Notes under the pieces: model-generated
Database searches by the model: none
What the model was told of the DNA's origin: nothing
The model's input: the letters and a program-made list of their open reading frames with translations, nothing else
Made by a program: the position numbers and the translations under genes
Part shown: one piece after another, positions 1-9,096 of the stretch
How the letters are laid out: every line of letters begins with the position of its first letter
How positions within the stretch are numbered: position 1 is the first letter of the stretch
Source: a virus
Taxonomy: Duplodnaviria > Heunggongvirae > Uroviricota > Caudoviricetes
Length of the DNA: 41,474 nt
Virus record (IMG/VR): IMGVR_UViG_2734482774_000012
Span: 1-41,474 of that record
Direction: 5' to 3' (one strand)

Positions 1-1254
1 ATGCTGGAACAAATGGGCATTGCCGCGAAGCAAGCCTCGTATAAATTAGCGCAACTCTCCAGCCGCGAAAAAAATCGCGTGCTGGAAAAAATCGCCGATG
101 AACTGGAAGCACAAAGCGAAATCATCCTCAACGCTAACGCCCAGGATGTTGCTGACGCGCGAGCCAATGGCCTTAGCGAAGCGATGCTTGACCGTCTGGC
201 ACTGACGCCCGCACGGCTGAAAGGCATTGCCGACGATGTACGTCAGGTGTGCAACCTCGCCGATCCGGTGGGGCAGGTAATCGATGGCGGCGTACTGGAC
301 AGTGGCCTGCGTCTGGAGCGCCGTCGCGTGCCGCTGGGGGTGATTGGCGTGATTTATGAAGCGCGTCCGAATGTGACGGTTGATGTCGCTTCCCTGTGCC
401 TGAAAACCGGTAACGTGGTGATCCTGCGTGGTGGCAAAGAAACCTGTCGCACTAACGCGGCAACGGTGGCGGTGATTCAGGACGCCCTGAAATCCTGTGG
501 CTTACCGGCGGGTGCCGTGCAGGCGATTGATAATCCTGACCGTGCGCTGGTCAGTGAAATGCTGCGTATGGATAAATACATCGACATGCTGATCCCGCGT
601 GGTGGAGCTGGTTTGCATAAACTGTGCCGCGAGCAGTCGACAATCCCGGTGATCACTGGTGGTATAGGCGTATGCCATATTTATGTTGATGAAAGTGCAG
701 AGATCGCTGAAGCCCTGAAAGTAATCGTCAACGCGAAAACTCAGCGTCCGAGCACGTGTAATACGGTAGAAACGTTGCTGGTGAATAAAAATATCGCCGA
801 TAGCTTCCTGCCCGCATTAAGCAAACAAATGGCGGAAAGTGGCGTGACGTTACACGCTGATGCAGCTGCACTGGCGCAGTTGCAGGCAGGCCCTGCGAAG
901 GTGGTTGCTGTTAAAGCCGAAGAGTATGACGATGAGTTTCTGTCATTAGATTTGAACGTCAAAATCGTCAGCGATCTTGACGATGCCATCGCCCATATTC
1001 GTGAACACGGCACACAACACTCCGATGCGATCCTGACCCGCGATATGCGCAACGCCCAGCGTTTTGTTAACGAAGTGGATTCGTCCGCTGTTTATGTTAA
1101 CGCCTCTACGCGTTTTACCGACGGCGGCCAGTTTGGACTGGGTGCGGAAGTGGCGGTAAGCACACAAAAACTCCACGCGCGTGGCCCAATGGGGCTGGAA
1201 GCACTGACCACTTACAAGTGGATCGGCATTGGTGATTACACCATTCGTGCGTAA
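1..1254 (+). CDS. proA: gamma-glutamyl phosphate reductase (complete, 417 aa)
   Basis: Full-length ORF from ATG at 1; translation matches enterobacterial ProA as I recall it ([20 protein letters not shown]... ending GDYTIRA). Confidence 0.95.
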   Translation: MLEQMGIAAKQASYKLAQLSSREKNRVLEKIADELEAQSEIILNANAQDVADARANGLSEAMLDRLALTPARLKGIADDVRQVCNLADPVGQVIDGGVLDSGLRLERRRVPLGVIGVIYEARPNVTVDVASLCLKTGNVVILRGGKETCRTNAATVAVIQDALKSCGLPAGAVQAIDNPDRALVSEMLRMDKYIDMLIPRGGAGLHKLCREQSTIPVITGGIGVCHIYVDESAEIAEALKVIVNAKTQRPSTCNTVETLLVNKNIADSFLPALSKQMAESGVTLHADAAALAQLQAGPAKVVAVKAEEYDDEFLSLDLNVKIVSDLDDAIAHIREHGTQHSDAILTRDMRNAQRFVNEVDSSAVYVNASTRFTDGGQFGLGAEVAVSTQKLHARGPMGLEALTTYKWIGIGDYTIRA

Positions 1255-1368
1255 ATAAAACCGGGTGATGCAAAAGTAGCCATTTGATTCACAAGGCCAT
1301 TGACGCATCGCCCGGTTAGTTTTAACCTTGTCCACCGTGATTCACGTTCGTGAACATGTCCTTTCAGG

Positions 1369-1444
1369 GCCGATATAGCTCAGTTGGTAGAGCAGCGCAT
1401 TCGTAATGCGAAGGTCGTAGGTTCGACTCCTATTATCGGCACCA
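1369..1444 (+). tRNA. thrW: tRNA-Thr (anticodon CGU)
   Basis: 76-nt sequence GCCGATATAGCTCAGTTGGTAGAGCAGCGCATTCGTAATGCG...GGCACCA; manual cloverleaf gives anticodon CGT at positions 34-36, T-arm GGTTCGACTCC, 3' CCA; sits directly downstream of proA as thrW does. Confidence 0.9.
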
Positions 1445-1445
1445 T
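1399..1445. repeat. attL core: 47-bp direct repeat covering the 3' half of thrW
   Basis: ATTCGTAATGCGAAGGTCGTAGGTTCGACTCCTATTATCGGCACCAT is repeated exactly at 41404..41450; partial similarity continues a few bases beyond. Confidence 0.85.
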
Positions 1446-1458
1446 ATAAATCAATGAG

Positions 1459-2619
1459 TTACCTCACATTTAAGTAAACTACGTTCTCCTCTTGTGCCGT
1501 ATTTGTGCCATTGCGACTTATAATCGCATCGATTTTGCTCGCGTGCTCGGTGAGATGCCCGGCTGAAAGGTGGGCGTATCTTTGAACCATTTCGAGAGTT
1601 TCCCATCCTCCCATCTCTTTAAGTGCAAGAAGAGAGACACCGGACTGAACCAGCCAGCTTGCCCAGGTATGCCTCAGGTCATGGAAGCGGAAGTTGCTAA
1701 TGCCTGCCCGCTTTAACGCTCCCTTCCATGCCTTGTTGCTGTCGGTTCTCATCTTCCTTACCGCTGCTGTTTTTGTTCCGTCGCTTCGGTAGGCAGGTTT
1801 GGTGTGGACAAATACCCATCTCTTATGGAGCCCCTGCTGTTTTCTTAATATCTGGCATGCGGTTTCGTTAAGAGGAACTCCGATCGCATTGCCAGCTTTT
1901 GTTTCATCAGGGTGCATCCATGCCATTTTCTTATCCAGATCGACCTGTGACCACTCAAGGTCTGTAACGTTGGAACGGCGAAGGCCTGTCGTGATTGCAA
2001 ACATGACCACAGGGAAGAAGTGAGGAGCAATTTCTGCAAACAGGCGCTTCGATTCCTCCTCTGTAAGCCATCTGATGCGTCCATTCTTAACGCGTGGTGT
2101 TGATATTTTGGGTGCTCTGTCAAGCCATCCCCATTCAACAGCCATATTGAGAATGGCGCGAAGTATTGCCAGATGCCTCGTCTTCGTTCCTTTGCTTGCC
2201 AGCTTTGGTTTATACTCCGGCACCGGATTGCCAAGTCGCAAACACCTGTCCCGGCTCATCTCCCAGTTCAGGCGATGGCGGCGGTTTTCCATCCCGTCTA
2301 CCGCCTCCATTATTTTTTCTGTTGTTATGTCAGAGAGAATGGCTTCTCTGAAGTGCAACATCCAGAACGATATAATGCTCTTGTCATCATCAATGGACTT
2401 CTTATCCGATTTCTCACGCAGCCACCGTATGCAGGCTTCCTTGAATAGCTTTTTCGGTGATTCCCCGAGATTTTTTACTCTCCACGCTTCTGCTTTCAGA
2501 CGATCGTGAAGTTCTTGCGCTTGCCTTTTGTCCGATGTTTCAAGAGAGCGTCTAATTCTTGATCCATCTGGCGCGACGAAATCGCAGTGCCACGTGCCAC
2601 CGCGTAGTTTGATTGACAT
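1459..2619 (-). CDS. int: Tyrosine-type site-specific integrase
   Basis: 386-aa ORF, ATG start with strong RBS (AGGAGG); C-terminal HDLRHTWASWL...VQRYAHL motif typical of phage integrases (R-H-R-Y); adjacent to the tRNA att site. Confidence 0.9.
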   Translation of the reverse strand: MSIKLRGGTWHCDFVAPDGSRIRRSLETSDKRQAQELHDRLKAEAWRVKNLGESPKKLFKEACIRWLREKSDKKSIDDDKSIISFWMLHFREAILSDITTEKIMEAVDGMENRRHRLNWEMSRDRCLRLGNPVPEYKPKLASKGTKTRHLAILRAILNMAVEWGWLDRAPKISTPRVKNGRIRWLTEEESKRLFAEIAPHFFPVVMFAITTGLRRSNVTDLEWSQVDLDKKMAWMHPDETKAGNAIGVPLNETACQILRKQQGLHKRWVFVHTKPAYRSDGTKTAAVRKMRTDSNKAWKGALKRAGISNFRFHDLRHTWASWLVQSGVSLLALKEMGGWETLEMVQRYAHLSAGHLTEHASKIDAIISRNGTNTAQEENVVYLNVR

Positions 2620-2843
2620 GCTTTAACCTCCTGCACATCAACCGCATTCACCGCGCTATTGTGTCTCACAGACTTAAGCGCCGCAATGCAGTCTGACTTG
2701 CAAATGCGATATGGGCTTTTAGGTTTATCTGGATTTATCTTTGCGGCCTGAAGTCGTCCACTTCGTATCCACTGCGTGATAGTGCCTTTGTCTACCTTCA
2801 GATACGACGCTGCCTCTTCACGAGTGAAGATTTCTTCTTCCAC
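2496..2843 (-). CDS. xis: Excisionase / AlpA-like HTH DNA-binding protein
   Basis: N-terminus MEEEIFTREEAASYLKVDKGTITQWIRSGRL resembles Xis/AlpA HTH; apparent GTG start; 3' end overlaps int by about 124 nt in another frame, so the true stop is uncertain. Confidence 0.55.
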   Translation of the reverse strand: MEEEIFTREEAASYLKVDKGTITQWIRSGRLQAAKINPDKPKSPYRICKSDCIAALKSVRHNSAVNAVDVQEVKACQSNYAVARGTAISSRQMDQELDALLKHRTKGKRKNFTIV

Positions 2844-2933
2844 CTGGAATCTCCATTTATTGGATTGGTATTATTGCGGTAGGTCTGGATATCATTGAGC
2901 AATGAACAGGCCTCATCGAGTGTGAGGCTGTGG

Positions 2934-3278
2934 TTAGTCCTTGCGTAGCTCTCTGATTCTTCTGTAAGTCTCTGGTGCTTTGTTTCCGTGTATCTTCATT
3001 TCAGACTTCAACAGAGCAACGAGGGAATCCCATTCGTTGAGGATTCCTTTGAATGCCGGAACGCGCTTTGCAACCTTGTCGAATGAATCTCTGATTTCTG
3101 GAATCTGCTCAACAAGTGCAACGCATCGCCGAAAGTCTGCTGCGTCATGGGGAGCGTCGAAGTGATGGCCATAGATATTCTTTTTCAGTCCACATGCGAT
3201 TGAGGCAAGAGTTGCGCTACTGATGCCGACATCGCCAGTCGATTGCCATTTCAAAACCTTCATAGCCAAATCTGACAT
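2934..3278 (-). CDS. Hypothetical early-region protein (114 aa)
   Basis: ATG start with GGAG RBS; same strand as the early operon; no family recognised. Confidence 0.5.
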   Translation of the reverse strand: MSDLAMKVLKWQSTGDVGISSATLASIACGLKKNIYGHHFDAPHDAADFRRCVALVEQIPEIRDSFDKVAKRVPAFKGILNEWDSLVALLKSEMKIHGNKAPETYRRIRELRKD

Positions 3279-3385
3279 TTCTTGTCTCCATAAAACAAAA
3301 CCCGCCGTAGCGAGTTCAGATAAAAGAAATCCCCGCGAGTGCGAGGATTGTTATTCACCTTTGACGGCAAGTTGCAGGTTAGCCA

Positions 3386-3646
3386 TTACCGCACCTCCAG
3401 TCTCCATACCGCCTGACCAATCCGGCTGGCATAGGTATCTTTGGATACTGCTCCGTCTTTAGCCAGCTCCATAAGAATTTTGCGCAAATCTGCCGAACGC
3501 CATTCCTCATCAGGAAATTCCTTCTCCATTGCCAACCGCAGATTCCAGGTTGCCATCATGAATGGATATTCCCCGCCGAGAGCTTTATCTTGCAGGGCAG
3601 CCCGGGAACGCATCACCTGCAAAACCTTCTCTTTTACATCCATCAT
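3386..3646 (-). CDS. Hypothetical protein (about 86 aa)
   Basis: Longest ORF extends to 3718 but an ATGATGA start/stop overlap with the upstream gene and a GGAGG RBS at 3653-3657 favour a start at 3646. Confidence 0.45.
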   Translation of the reverse strand: MMDVKEKVLQVMRSRAALQDKALGGEYPFMMATWNLRLAMEKEFPDEEWRSADLRKILMELAKDGAVSKDTYASRIGQAVWRLEVR

Positions 3647-4185
3647 TTCGCCTCCTGCGGCGGTTCTGGTAGCGGCATCCAGTGTGACGGTTTCCACGAC
3701 GCACCAGGAATTATCCATCCATCATTAGCGTCAGGATGCCCCGGGATGTAAGTAGCCCATTTCATTCGCCAGTCACCTTTCCTGTCAAACTCCACGGCAA
3801 CAAGAACGGCTGTTTTGGTATTCGGCATTCGCTCACTACAGCTTATCCAACTATCCGGAGTTACCGGAGAGTTGCCATTTACATCGAAGTTTGGCTCTGC
3901 GTCCTGAACCAGGAGGATGTAACCATTCTTGGCTGTATCAAGTTCTAACGCCTCGGTGACGGTGCCGAAATAGCGATTACCTAAATCAGCATCACAAGTG
4001 CTTACATCAATGGAAACTTCCATGCCTTCGATTAAGTCTGGCAAGTTGTAAGTTTGGCTTACAGGTTCGGCTTCCAGCGATGCCAGTGCAATTCGTGCCA
4101 GTTCCATTTGTTCGCCACGAGTAAGCCCGTTTTCAAGCGGATCTTTAATGAACAATTCAATACGTTCTTTGGTAATAGAATTCAT
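3643..4185 (-). CDS. Phage protein with DUF551-like C-terminal domain (180 aa)
   Basis: C-terminal KPSHWMPLPEPP motif resembles the DUF551 family common in enterobacterial prophage early regions; ATG start with AGGTG RBS. Confidence 0.55.
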   Translation of the reverse strand: MNSITKERIELFIKDPLENGLTRGEQMELARIALASLEAEPVSQTYNLPDLIEGMEVSIDVSTCDADLGNRYFGTVTEALELDTAKNGYILLVQDAEPNFDVNGNSPVTPDSWISCSERMPNTKTAVLVAVEFDRKGDWRMKWATYIPGHPDANDGWIIPGASWKPSHWMPLPEPPQEAK

Positions 4186-4186
4186 G

Positions 4187-4378
4187 CTATTTCACCTTAA
4201 TCTCAACATTTCGCAGCTTTAGCTCTACTGGCAGGTCTGACTTTCCGGTTAATGCCAATGCGAGATTTTCTGGAGTAATGAGAGCAGTTATTGTTTTCCC
4301 CCTCGCCAGACGAATAATCATTCGTATCTCGCAATCGTCACATGCTCCAGGTCGAACAATTGATATTTGTCCATTCAT
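4187..4378 (-). CDS. Hypothetical small protein (63 aa)
   Basis: ATG-initiated ORF packed between neighbouring genes, same strand. Confidence 0.4.
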   Translation of the reverse strand: MNGQISIVRPGACDDCEIRMIIRLARGKTITALITPENLALALTGKSDLPVELKLRNVEIKVK

Positions 4379-4379
4379 C

Positions 4380-4688
4380 TCACTCTCCTTTGATGCGAAT
4401 GCCAGCGGCGCGGATTGCAGCGATGACCTCAGAAACTTTGTATGCCATTACCGTTTGGTAATCATCGTGAAAATCTGTTCGATGAAGCATGCTGCTACGT
4501 TCTGGGAGCAGTATTTCCCGTGCTTCCAGTTCTGCAATGCGCTTTTTGTCTGCTTCCCGTTCATCCAGTAGTGCCAGCACAACCTGAGGTGTGACTTTCA
4601 TACGAAATGCCAGCAATTTTTGAGGCGTTGCTACTGTTTCAATTGCTACTGCTGCCTCACGCAGTGCCTGGTAATTAATTTCGCTCAC
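4380..4688 (-). CDS. Hypothetical protein (102 aa)
   Basis: GTG start preceded by strong AAGGAGG RBS; GTGA overlap with the upstream stop. Confidence 0.5.
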   Translation of the reverse strand: MSEINYQALREAAVAIETVATPQKLLAFRMKVTPQVVLALLDEREADKKRIAELEAREILLPERSSMLHRTDFHDDYQTVMAYKVSEVIAAIRAAGIRIKGE

Positions 4689-5116
4689 TGGTTGCCTCCT
4701 TTGCGAAGCTGGGCAGCAAAGTCACGGATAGTGTCATCAAGGTCTGGGCACAACAGATGGTCAGCAAACATCTCTACCCCATGCGCCCGTACTTCAGCCA
4801 GGAAAGCATCGGTGGCTGGGGTTTCAGTAACATCATCTTCCCATTCGCCAAACTCCTCACGACAAAAGTCATTAAATTCCTTCTCAGATTGCTTAAGCGA
4901 GGTATTTTCTGCAGCCATCTTCGCGCATTTAGCCTCAAGGTTATCAATCGTGATTCCAGCAGAACGACACTCCCGCAACGCCGTTTCCAGTTTTGATTCA
5001 AGTTCACCGAACTTACGGACAAGATATTCAGCGTTTGTTTCGTTAACCTTTAAATCTCGGGGGATGCATTTACCTTTCAGAAAACCATCCATCTCAATTA
5101 GTGACATTTGTTTCAT
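4685..5116 (-). CDS. Hypothetical protein, possibly Ead/Ea22-like (about 143 aa)
   Basis: Longest ORF begins with GTG at 5134 lacking an RBS; ATG at 5116 overlaps the stop of the upstream small ORF (ATGA), so I place the start there. Acidic, coiled-coil-like composition. Confidence 0.5.
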   Translation of the reverse strand: MKQMSLIEMDGFLKGKCIPRDLKVNETNAEYLVRKFGELESKLETALRECRSAGITIDNLEAKCAKMAAENTSLKQSEKEFNDFCREEFGEWEDDVTETPATDAFLAEVRAHGVEMFADHLLCPDLDDTIRDFAAQLRKGGNQ

Positions 5117-5277
5117 TTTTTCCCACTCCGCCACATCGCATTCAGATATTTGTTTTGATTCACTGATGGAAAAGAATTTCTCTTAAGCAATTCCTCTCTC
5201 GATGGCATTGGCTTTACGCGTTGGCGAATAATCATTTCTGCCGGAAGAATGCCGGGGTTGTATGCAAGTCCTCTCAT
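5113..5277 (-). CDS. Hypothetical small protein (54 aa)
   Basis: Internal ATG at 5277 has a GAGGA RBS and follows the upstream stop; the longer 104-aa reading would overlap the preceding gene. Confidence 0.35.
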   Translation of the reverse strand: MRGLAYNPGILPAEMIIRQRVKPMPSREELLKRNSFPSVNQNKYLNAMWRSGKK

Positions 5278-5287
5278 GGTAAATTCC

Positions 5288-5581
5288 TCAGTCATTACTG
5301 ATAGCGCCATAGCGTGAGCGGTAATTACGCAGGCGCGGGTCAATTTCAGGGAAGTGGGTATATGTGGCTTTGCGGAATGGTCGGATTGATGTCTGGTAAA
5401 TTCGCTCGCGTTCTTCTTTCTCTGCAAGCCATATACAATGGCGAAATTCCTTTTCCTCTTTCGTTTCCTGCGGTAGCGACATTATCCGATCGTAGTTTTT
5501 TCTGAATTTATCCAGCACCTCCGATACGGAATTGCCGGAACAGCGGCGCGGGTCATCCGCACCATACAGAGGCGCTGGCAT
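5288..5581 (-). CDS. Hypothetical protein (97 aa)
   Basis: ATG start with AGGAG RBS. Confidence 0.5.
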   Translation of the reverse strand: MPAPLYGADDPRRCSGNSVSEVLDKFRKNYDRIMSLPQETKEEKEFRHCIWLAEKEERERIYQTSIRPFRKATYTHFPEIDPRLRNYRSRYGAISND

Positions 5582-5597
5582 GGTTTTCTCCTGTTGA

Positions 5598-6146
5598 TTA
5601 TTTAGCTAACTTTTTCCAGATCGCTGAAACGTATTTGGCTTGGTGAATGGCATCATCAAGAGCGTTGTGGCGAGTTCCTTTGAATGGCATATCTCGCTTA
5701 GGGTCGAATCCTATTACCTTTCCAAGCTCGACGATTGTTCTTACGTCGCGGTCATTCCACCACTGCCATGGAACTGGCTGCCCTGTCAGCGAATAACTGT
5801 TTCGGAGAATAACGCAGTCAAATGATGCTCCATTCCCCCAAACCTGAACGAATTTGTGGTTAGCGTTCTTTATGATGAATTCAGATAACCATGAAAGAGC
5901 CGTTGAAAGCTCCTGAGTGTTGCTGGTTAGCGATTTTCTGGCTTCTTCACTCTGTTCCAGCCACCATAAAATCGTTGAAGCGTCAGGACGCGCCCGATAT
6001 CGCATTGATGACTCAAGCGAGATATTTACCGAGAACTCTTCTCCTGTTTCTCCGGTATTCGGGTCAAAGAATACCGCCCCAATAGAAATAACTGGCGCGT
6101 ATGGCCCGTTGCCCATTGTTTCAAGGTCAACCATCAAGTGATTCAT
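5598..6146 (-). CDS. 3'-5' exonuclease, DnaQ/DEDD-like (182 aa)
   Basis: N-terminal MVDLETMG (Exo I motif, D-x-E) and C-terminal HNALDDA (Exo III-like) are characteristic of DEDDh exonucleases; ATG with AAGGA RBS. Confidence 0.7.
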   Translation of the reverse strand: MNHLMVDLETMGNGPYAPVISIGAVFFDPNTGETGEEFSVNISLESSMRYRARPDASTILWWLEQSEEARKSLTSNTQELSTALSWLSEFIIKNANHKFVQVWGNGASFDCVILRNSYSLTGQPVPWQWWNDRDVRTIVELGKVIGFDPKRDMPFKGTRHNALDDAIHQAKYVSAIWKKLAK

Positions 6147-6154
6147 GTAAGTCC

Positions 6155-6634
6155 TTAAATTGCGTGAATAGCGTGACGAGGGAAGGGGAGAGTTACTGGT
6201 TCCTCGTCTGGGTAGATAGGTTTGTTATGTTTGTGCCACTCGACATGACATGACTTGCAGAGCCACATCACATCGGTTGGTTTGCTGTAGTCGCAGTGGT
6301 GCGCCTGTGGTTTACATTCTGATCCGCAGCACTCACATTGTGGTGGTCGGATTAGCTTACCGTCGCGCAAAAAATTACCCACAATGATGTGGGCTTTTCT
6401 TTTCCATGGGTTGCTCTGAATGAACCGCTTTTTGGCTGCGTTACACCGTTCTCTTCCGCGTTCCGATGATTGATATTCTCTCCTTGCTGATACTCGATGT
6501 GGCAATCCAGCGCGTTCTTTGTCGTATTCAGCCAGGCAAGCCCGGCAAGCGGCAGTTAATCCATCTCTGGATGCTCTTCTGATTTGAAAGTCCCTTTCTT
6601 CCTTCTGTTGATGGCATCTTGAGCAGATTTTCAT
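6155..6634 (-). CDS. Cys-rich HNH-like nuclease / zinc-finger protein (159 aa)
   Basis: N-terminal CxxC...CxxC and C-terminal HHCDY...WLCKSCH..WH arrangement resembles the HNH motif; assignment is from motif only. Confidence 0.5.
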   Translation of the reverse strand: MKICSRCHQQKEERDFQIRRASRDGLTAACRACLAEYDKERAGLPHRVSARREYQSSERGRERCNAAKKRFIQSNPWKRKAHIIVGNFLRDGKLIRPPQCECCGSECKPQAHHCDYSKPTDVMWLCKSCHVEWHKHNKPIYPDEEPVTLPFPRHAIHAI

Positions 6635-6643
6635 ATTCAGCTC

Positions 6644-7117
6644 CTAGAACGGAATATCCGAATCGTCGAAGTTCATAGGTGGTTCGCTGTGATTCCCATG
6701 CTGCTGAGATTGCTGTCTTTGTTGCTGGCCGTTATTTCGCTGAGGTGAAGACTGTTCATTGCCTCCTTGCTTGCCACCAAGCATTTGCATGGTTACACCA
6801 ACGCCTACGATAACTTCGGTAGTGAACCGATCCTGTCCGCTTTGATCCTGCCATTTTCTTGTCCGCAATTTGCCTTCAAGATAAACCTCTGAGCCTTTTC
6901 GCAGATATTCGCTGGCAATTTCTGCCAGTTTCCCGCTCATTACCACACGGTGCCACTCCGTCTGCTCCTTTTGCTCTCCAGTTTGCTTATCACGCCATTG
7001 TTCTGACGTAGCAACTGTAAGGTTTGCAAATGCCGTTCCTGATGGTGAATATCTGATTTCTGGATCATGCCCAAGGCGACCAATAATGATCACCTTATTT
7101 ACGCCTCTACTTCCCAT
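6644..7117 (-). CDS. ssb: Single-stranded DNA-binding protein
   Basis: OB-fold N-terminus ([18 protein letters not shown]...), Gly/Gln-rich linker and acidic C-terminal tail ending DDSDIPF, as in bacterial and phage SSBs. Confidence 0.85.
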   Translation of the reverse strand: MGSRGVNKVIIIGRLGHDPEIRYSPSGTAFANLTVATSEQWRDKQTGEQKEQTEWHRVVMSGKLAEIASEYLRKGSEVYLEGKLRTRKWQDQSGQDRFTTEVIVGVGVTMQMLGGKQGGNEQSSPQRNNGQQQRQQSQQHGNHSEPPMNFDDSDIPF

Positions 7118-7825
7118 TTATGCCGCCTGTTTTAGTTCGTTAACTCTGATGTTCATTACCTGGACGCATTTAGCCTGCGCCTCCTCGTTGCCAGCCATTA
7201 ATTGCCAGTCACGCTGATAACGCTCGATGAGTTTTTTCTTGTCAGTTTCTGTTGATGCATAATCGCTGAAGTCTTTCAGGATTTGTTCGCAGTCAACCGA
7301 TGGAGATTTCTGGTTGGTATTTTCTGGTGATGGTTTGTTATCTGATGCTGGGATTGCCCATCCCGGCAGCGATGGAGGGAGCCAGTAAAATCCTGTTCCA
7401 TCCTTCAGTTTTGCCCTGTGCCACCCATGCTTTTTATCGAGAGATGTTTGTGCGAAACCTTCCTCAAGGTTATACAGATACCGACCGATTCCCCACTGAA
7501 CGGCAGCACGCTTCATTGCACCTGAACGACCACCTTTGACGGCTTCTACCTGCGTGTTTTCAGCAGCATCCCATTTGGTTACCCATTCGGAATCAATCTT
7601 GATTGATATGCCGCATTCAACTCCGCCGTTGTTGGGAATATCGCGGTATTCATTGCGCCATCCTGCTTTGCCGCAAACATCGTCCAGGCGTTTCATGATT
7701 GCCCGGTTCGTGACATAAGCCAGCACCATAGCCCACACTTTTCCATCGCGTGTTTTACCGCTTTGCTGTATTCGCCATTCGATATCTTCAGGGCTGAATG
7801 GCTCATCGAATTTATTCAAATCCAT
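7118..7825 (-). CDS. Rad52/Rad22-type single-strand annealing protein
   Basis: Central GGRSGAMKRAAVQWGIGRYLY-type motif characteristic of the Rad52 family; sits with ssb and the exonuclease as a recombination module. Confidence 0.7.
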   Translation of the reverse strand: MDLNKFDEPFSPEDIEWRIQQSGKTRDGKVWAMVLAYVTNRAIMKRLDDVCGKAGWRNEYRDIPNNGGVECGISIKIDSEWVTKWDAAENTQVEAVKGGRSGAMKRAAVQWGIGRYLYNLEEGFAQTSLDKKHGWHRAKLKDGTGFYWLPPSLPGWAIPASDNKPSPENTNQKSPSVDCEQILKDFSDYASTETDKKKLIERYQRDWQLMAGNEEAQAKCVQVMNIRVNELKQAA

Positions 7826-7924
7826 AAATCACCTCAGAATGGACATGGCCCAAGGAAATAACGCTGATTTAATACTTCGACTCGGGACAAATTAAGGCAT
7901 ACCCGCATTCCTTCGCGGTCGCCA

Positions 7925-8083
7925 TTATGGCGATACCAGAGAGCTTTCTGCGTGTACATGCGTCTCTGTAACTTGCTCTCCTTCACTGTGGTTGCAAGTG
8001 ACATGAATATCTCCTTCGTTACCGATTAATTCTTTCATCTGACGAATGAATTCTTCGTCTGACCAGTTATCTGTAAAACTCAT
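7925..8083 (-). CDS. Hypothetical small protein (52 aa), coupled to the kil-like gene
   Basis: Manually translated (MSFTDNWSDEEFIRQMKELIGNEGD...); ATG overlaps the kil-like stop (ATGA). An alternative 56-aa ORF in another frame (7834..8004, strong AAGGAG RBS) overlaps it; only one is likely real. Confidence 0.3.
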   Translation of the reverse strand: MSFTDNWSDEEFIRQMKELIGNEGDIHVTCNHSEGEQVTETHVHAESSLVSP

Positions 8084-8232
8084 TTCCTGCGATACCACGG
8101 AAGGTTGATAGCTGATTTCATCGCTTTATTTGCTTCAAGCCACATTTTTGAATCACCAATAAATCTGGCTATTACTGCTTTGTTCTGTGCAGCACGAAGC
8201 ATCTGGTGATTAATGGCTATTTCATTGTGCAT
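8080..8232 (-). CDS. Kil-like small protein (50 aa)
   Basis: Manually translated MHNEIAINHQMLRAAQNKAVIARFIGDSKMWLEANKAMKS...; the FIGD-KM segment and the position between the CIII-like gene and the recombination genes resemble lambda Kil (recollection). Confidence 0.45.
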   Translation of the reverse strand: MHNEIAINHQMLRAAQNKAVIARFIGDSKMWLEANKAMKSAINLPWYRRK

Positions 8233-8351
8233 AACGCCTCCAGTTGTTTCTTTGCTGCTCTGATTAATTGTTTAACTCGGCGTGATAATTCAGATTCGTG
8301 CGGGTAGAAAGCGGACATGACGCCGCTACCCGCGAGCTGAAAGTGCATCAT
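8217..8351 (-). CDS. CIII-like protease-inhibitor peptide (44 aa)
   Basis: MMHFQLAGSGVMSAFYPHESELSRRVKQLIRAAKKQLEAL resembles the lambda CIII core (AG...ES-L--R-------L amphipathic helix); strong RBS (TAAGGAG, 7-nt spacer); correct position in the pL operon. Confidence 0.5.
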   Translation of the reverse strand: MMHFQLAGSGVMSAFYPHESELSRRVKQLIRAAKKQLEALCTMK

Positions 8352-8417
8352 GGGTAACTCCTTATATTTGATTGCATAACGAAAACGCCTCGAGTGAAGC
8401 GTTATTGGTATGCATAT

Positions 8418-8441
8418 AAAAAAGCCCTCACACTGGAGGGC
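8418..8441 (-). terminator. Intrinsic terminator candidate (tL1-like)
   Basis: On the minus strand GCCCTCCAGTGTGAGGGC hairpin followed by TTTTTT; lies between the small genes downstream of N and the CIII-like gene. Confidence 0.4.
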
Positions 8442-8536
8442 AAAGAAGATTTCCAATAATCAGAACAAGTCGGCTCCTGTTTAGTTACGAGCGACATTGC
8501 TCCGTGTATTCACTCGTTGGAATGAATACACAGTGC

Positions 8537-8722
8537 TTATTCGCGAGCTTTGAGCATTGCGTCTGCCATCGCATAAGCTTCTTTAGCAAGTGGTTCGTTG
8601 TCATAAAGCCTGTCTGGATTTGCACAAACTCCCTGCATGAACTTTGCTGCGAAGTAATCACGTAATGTCGCATCACTTGCCATTTCTGGGCGTTTGATAT
8701 CTGCTTCATAAAACTCGCACAT
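8537..8722 (-). CDS. Hypothetical small protein (61 aa)
   Basis: ATG at 8722 overlaps the stop of the upstream 44-aa ORF (ATGA coupling). Confidence 0.45.
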   Translation of the reverse strand: MCEFYEADIKRPEMASDATLRDYFAAKFMQGVCANPDRLYDNEPLAKEAYAMADAMLKARE

Positions 8723-8856
8723 CACTCACCTCCAAGAGCATTTGCAGCCTCTTTTGCTTTGTGAATCCATAGCAGAGCCATGTAGTACATAGCCTTTTCG
8801 TCGGCTCCTGTGATATCTTGCTCTGCCATCCATTTTGTAAATTCAACTGCGCTCAT
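8722..8856 (-). CDS. Hypothetical small protein (44 aa)
   Basis: Manually translated MSAVEFTKWMAEQDITGADEKAMYYMALLWIHKAKEAANALGGE; GAGGTG RBS. Confidence 0.4.
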   Translation of the reverse strand: MSAVEFTKWMAEQDITGADEKAMYYMALLWIHKAKEAANALGGE

Positions 8857-8895
8857 ATTCACCTCTGTTGTTTATGCCAAAAATAAAGGCCACCA

Positions 8896-9096
8896 TCAGG
8901 CAGCCTTGTTATTCTGTTTACCAAGTTCTCTGGCAATCATTGCCGTAGTTCGTATTGCCCATTTATCGACATATTTCCCATCCTCCATTACAGGAAACAT
9001 TTCTTCAGGCTTAACCATGCATTCCGATTGCAGCTTGCATCCATTGCATCGTTTGAATTGTCCACACCATTGATTCTTATCAATAGTCGTAGTCAT
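8896..9096 (-). CDS. Hypothetical Cys-containing small protein (66 aa)
   Basis: ATG-initiated ORF in the early operon downstream of N. Confidence 0.45.
   Translation of the reverse strand: MTTTIDKNQWCGQFKRCNGCKLQSECMVKPEEMFPVMEDGKYVDKWAIRTTAMIARELGKQNNKAA

Noticed and set aside
741-1335. Minus-strand ORFs (741..1052, 946..1335) inside or overlapping proA
   Set aside because: Antisense to a well-supported conserved gene; Arg/Cys-rich antisense-type composition.
1799-2509. Plus-strand ORFs and a 129-aa minus-frame ORF inside the integrase gene
   Set aside because: Nested in or antisense to the integrase reading frame; no RBS; low-complexity translations.
2496-2619. 124-nt overlap between the xis-like ORF and int as a possible frameshift or pseudogene
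   Set aside because: xis-int overlap is common in lambdoid phages; the extent here may reflect an uncertain xis stop rather than gene decay.
3296-3325. Weak minus-strand hairpin followed by TTTTGTTTTA between two early genes
   Set aside because: Stem is only about 5 bp with a G-U pair; insufficient to call a terminator.
8217-8456. Full 79-aa extent of the ORF containing the CIII-like gene
   Set aside because: The N-terminal 35 codons run through a terminator-like hairpin and lack an RBS; only the internal start at 8351 has a strong RBS.
8485-8709. 74-aa minus-strand ORF overlapping 8537..8722 in another frame
   Set aside because: The 8537..8722 frame has a coupled ATG start and more protein-like composition.
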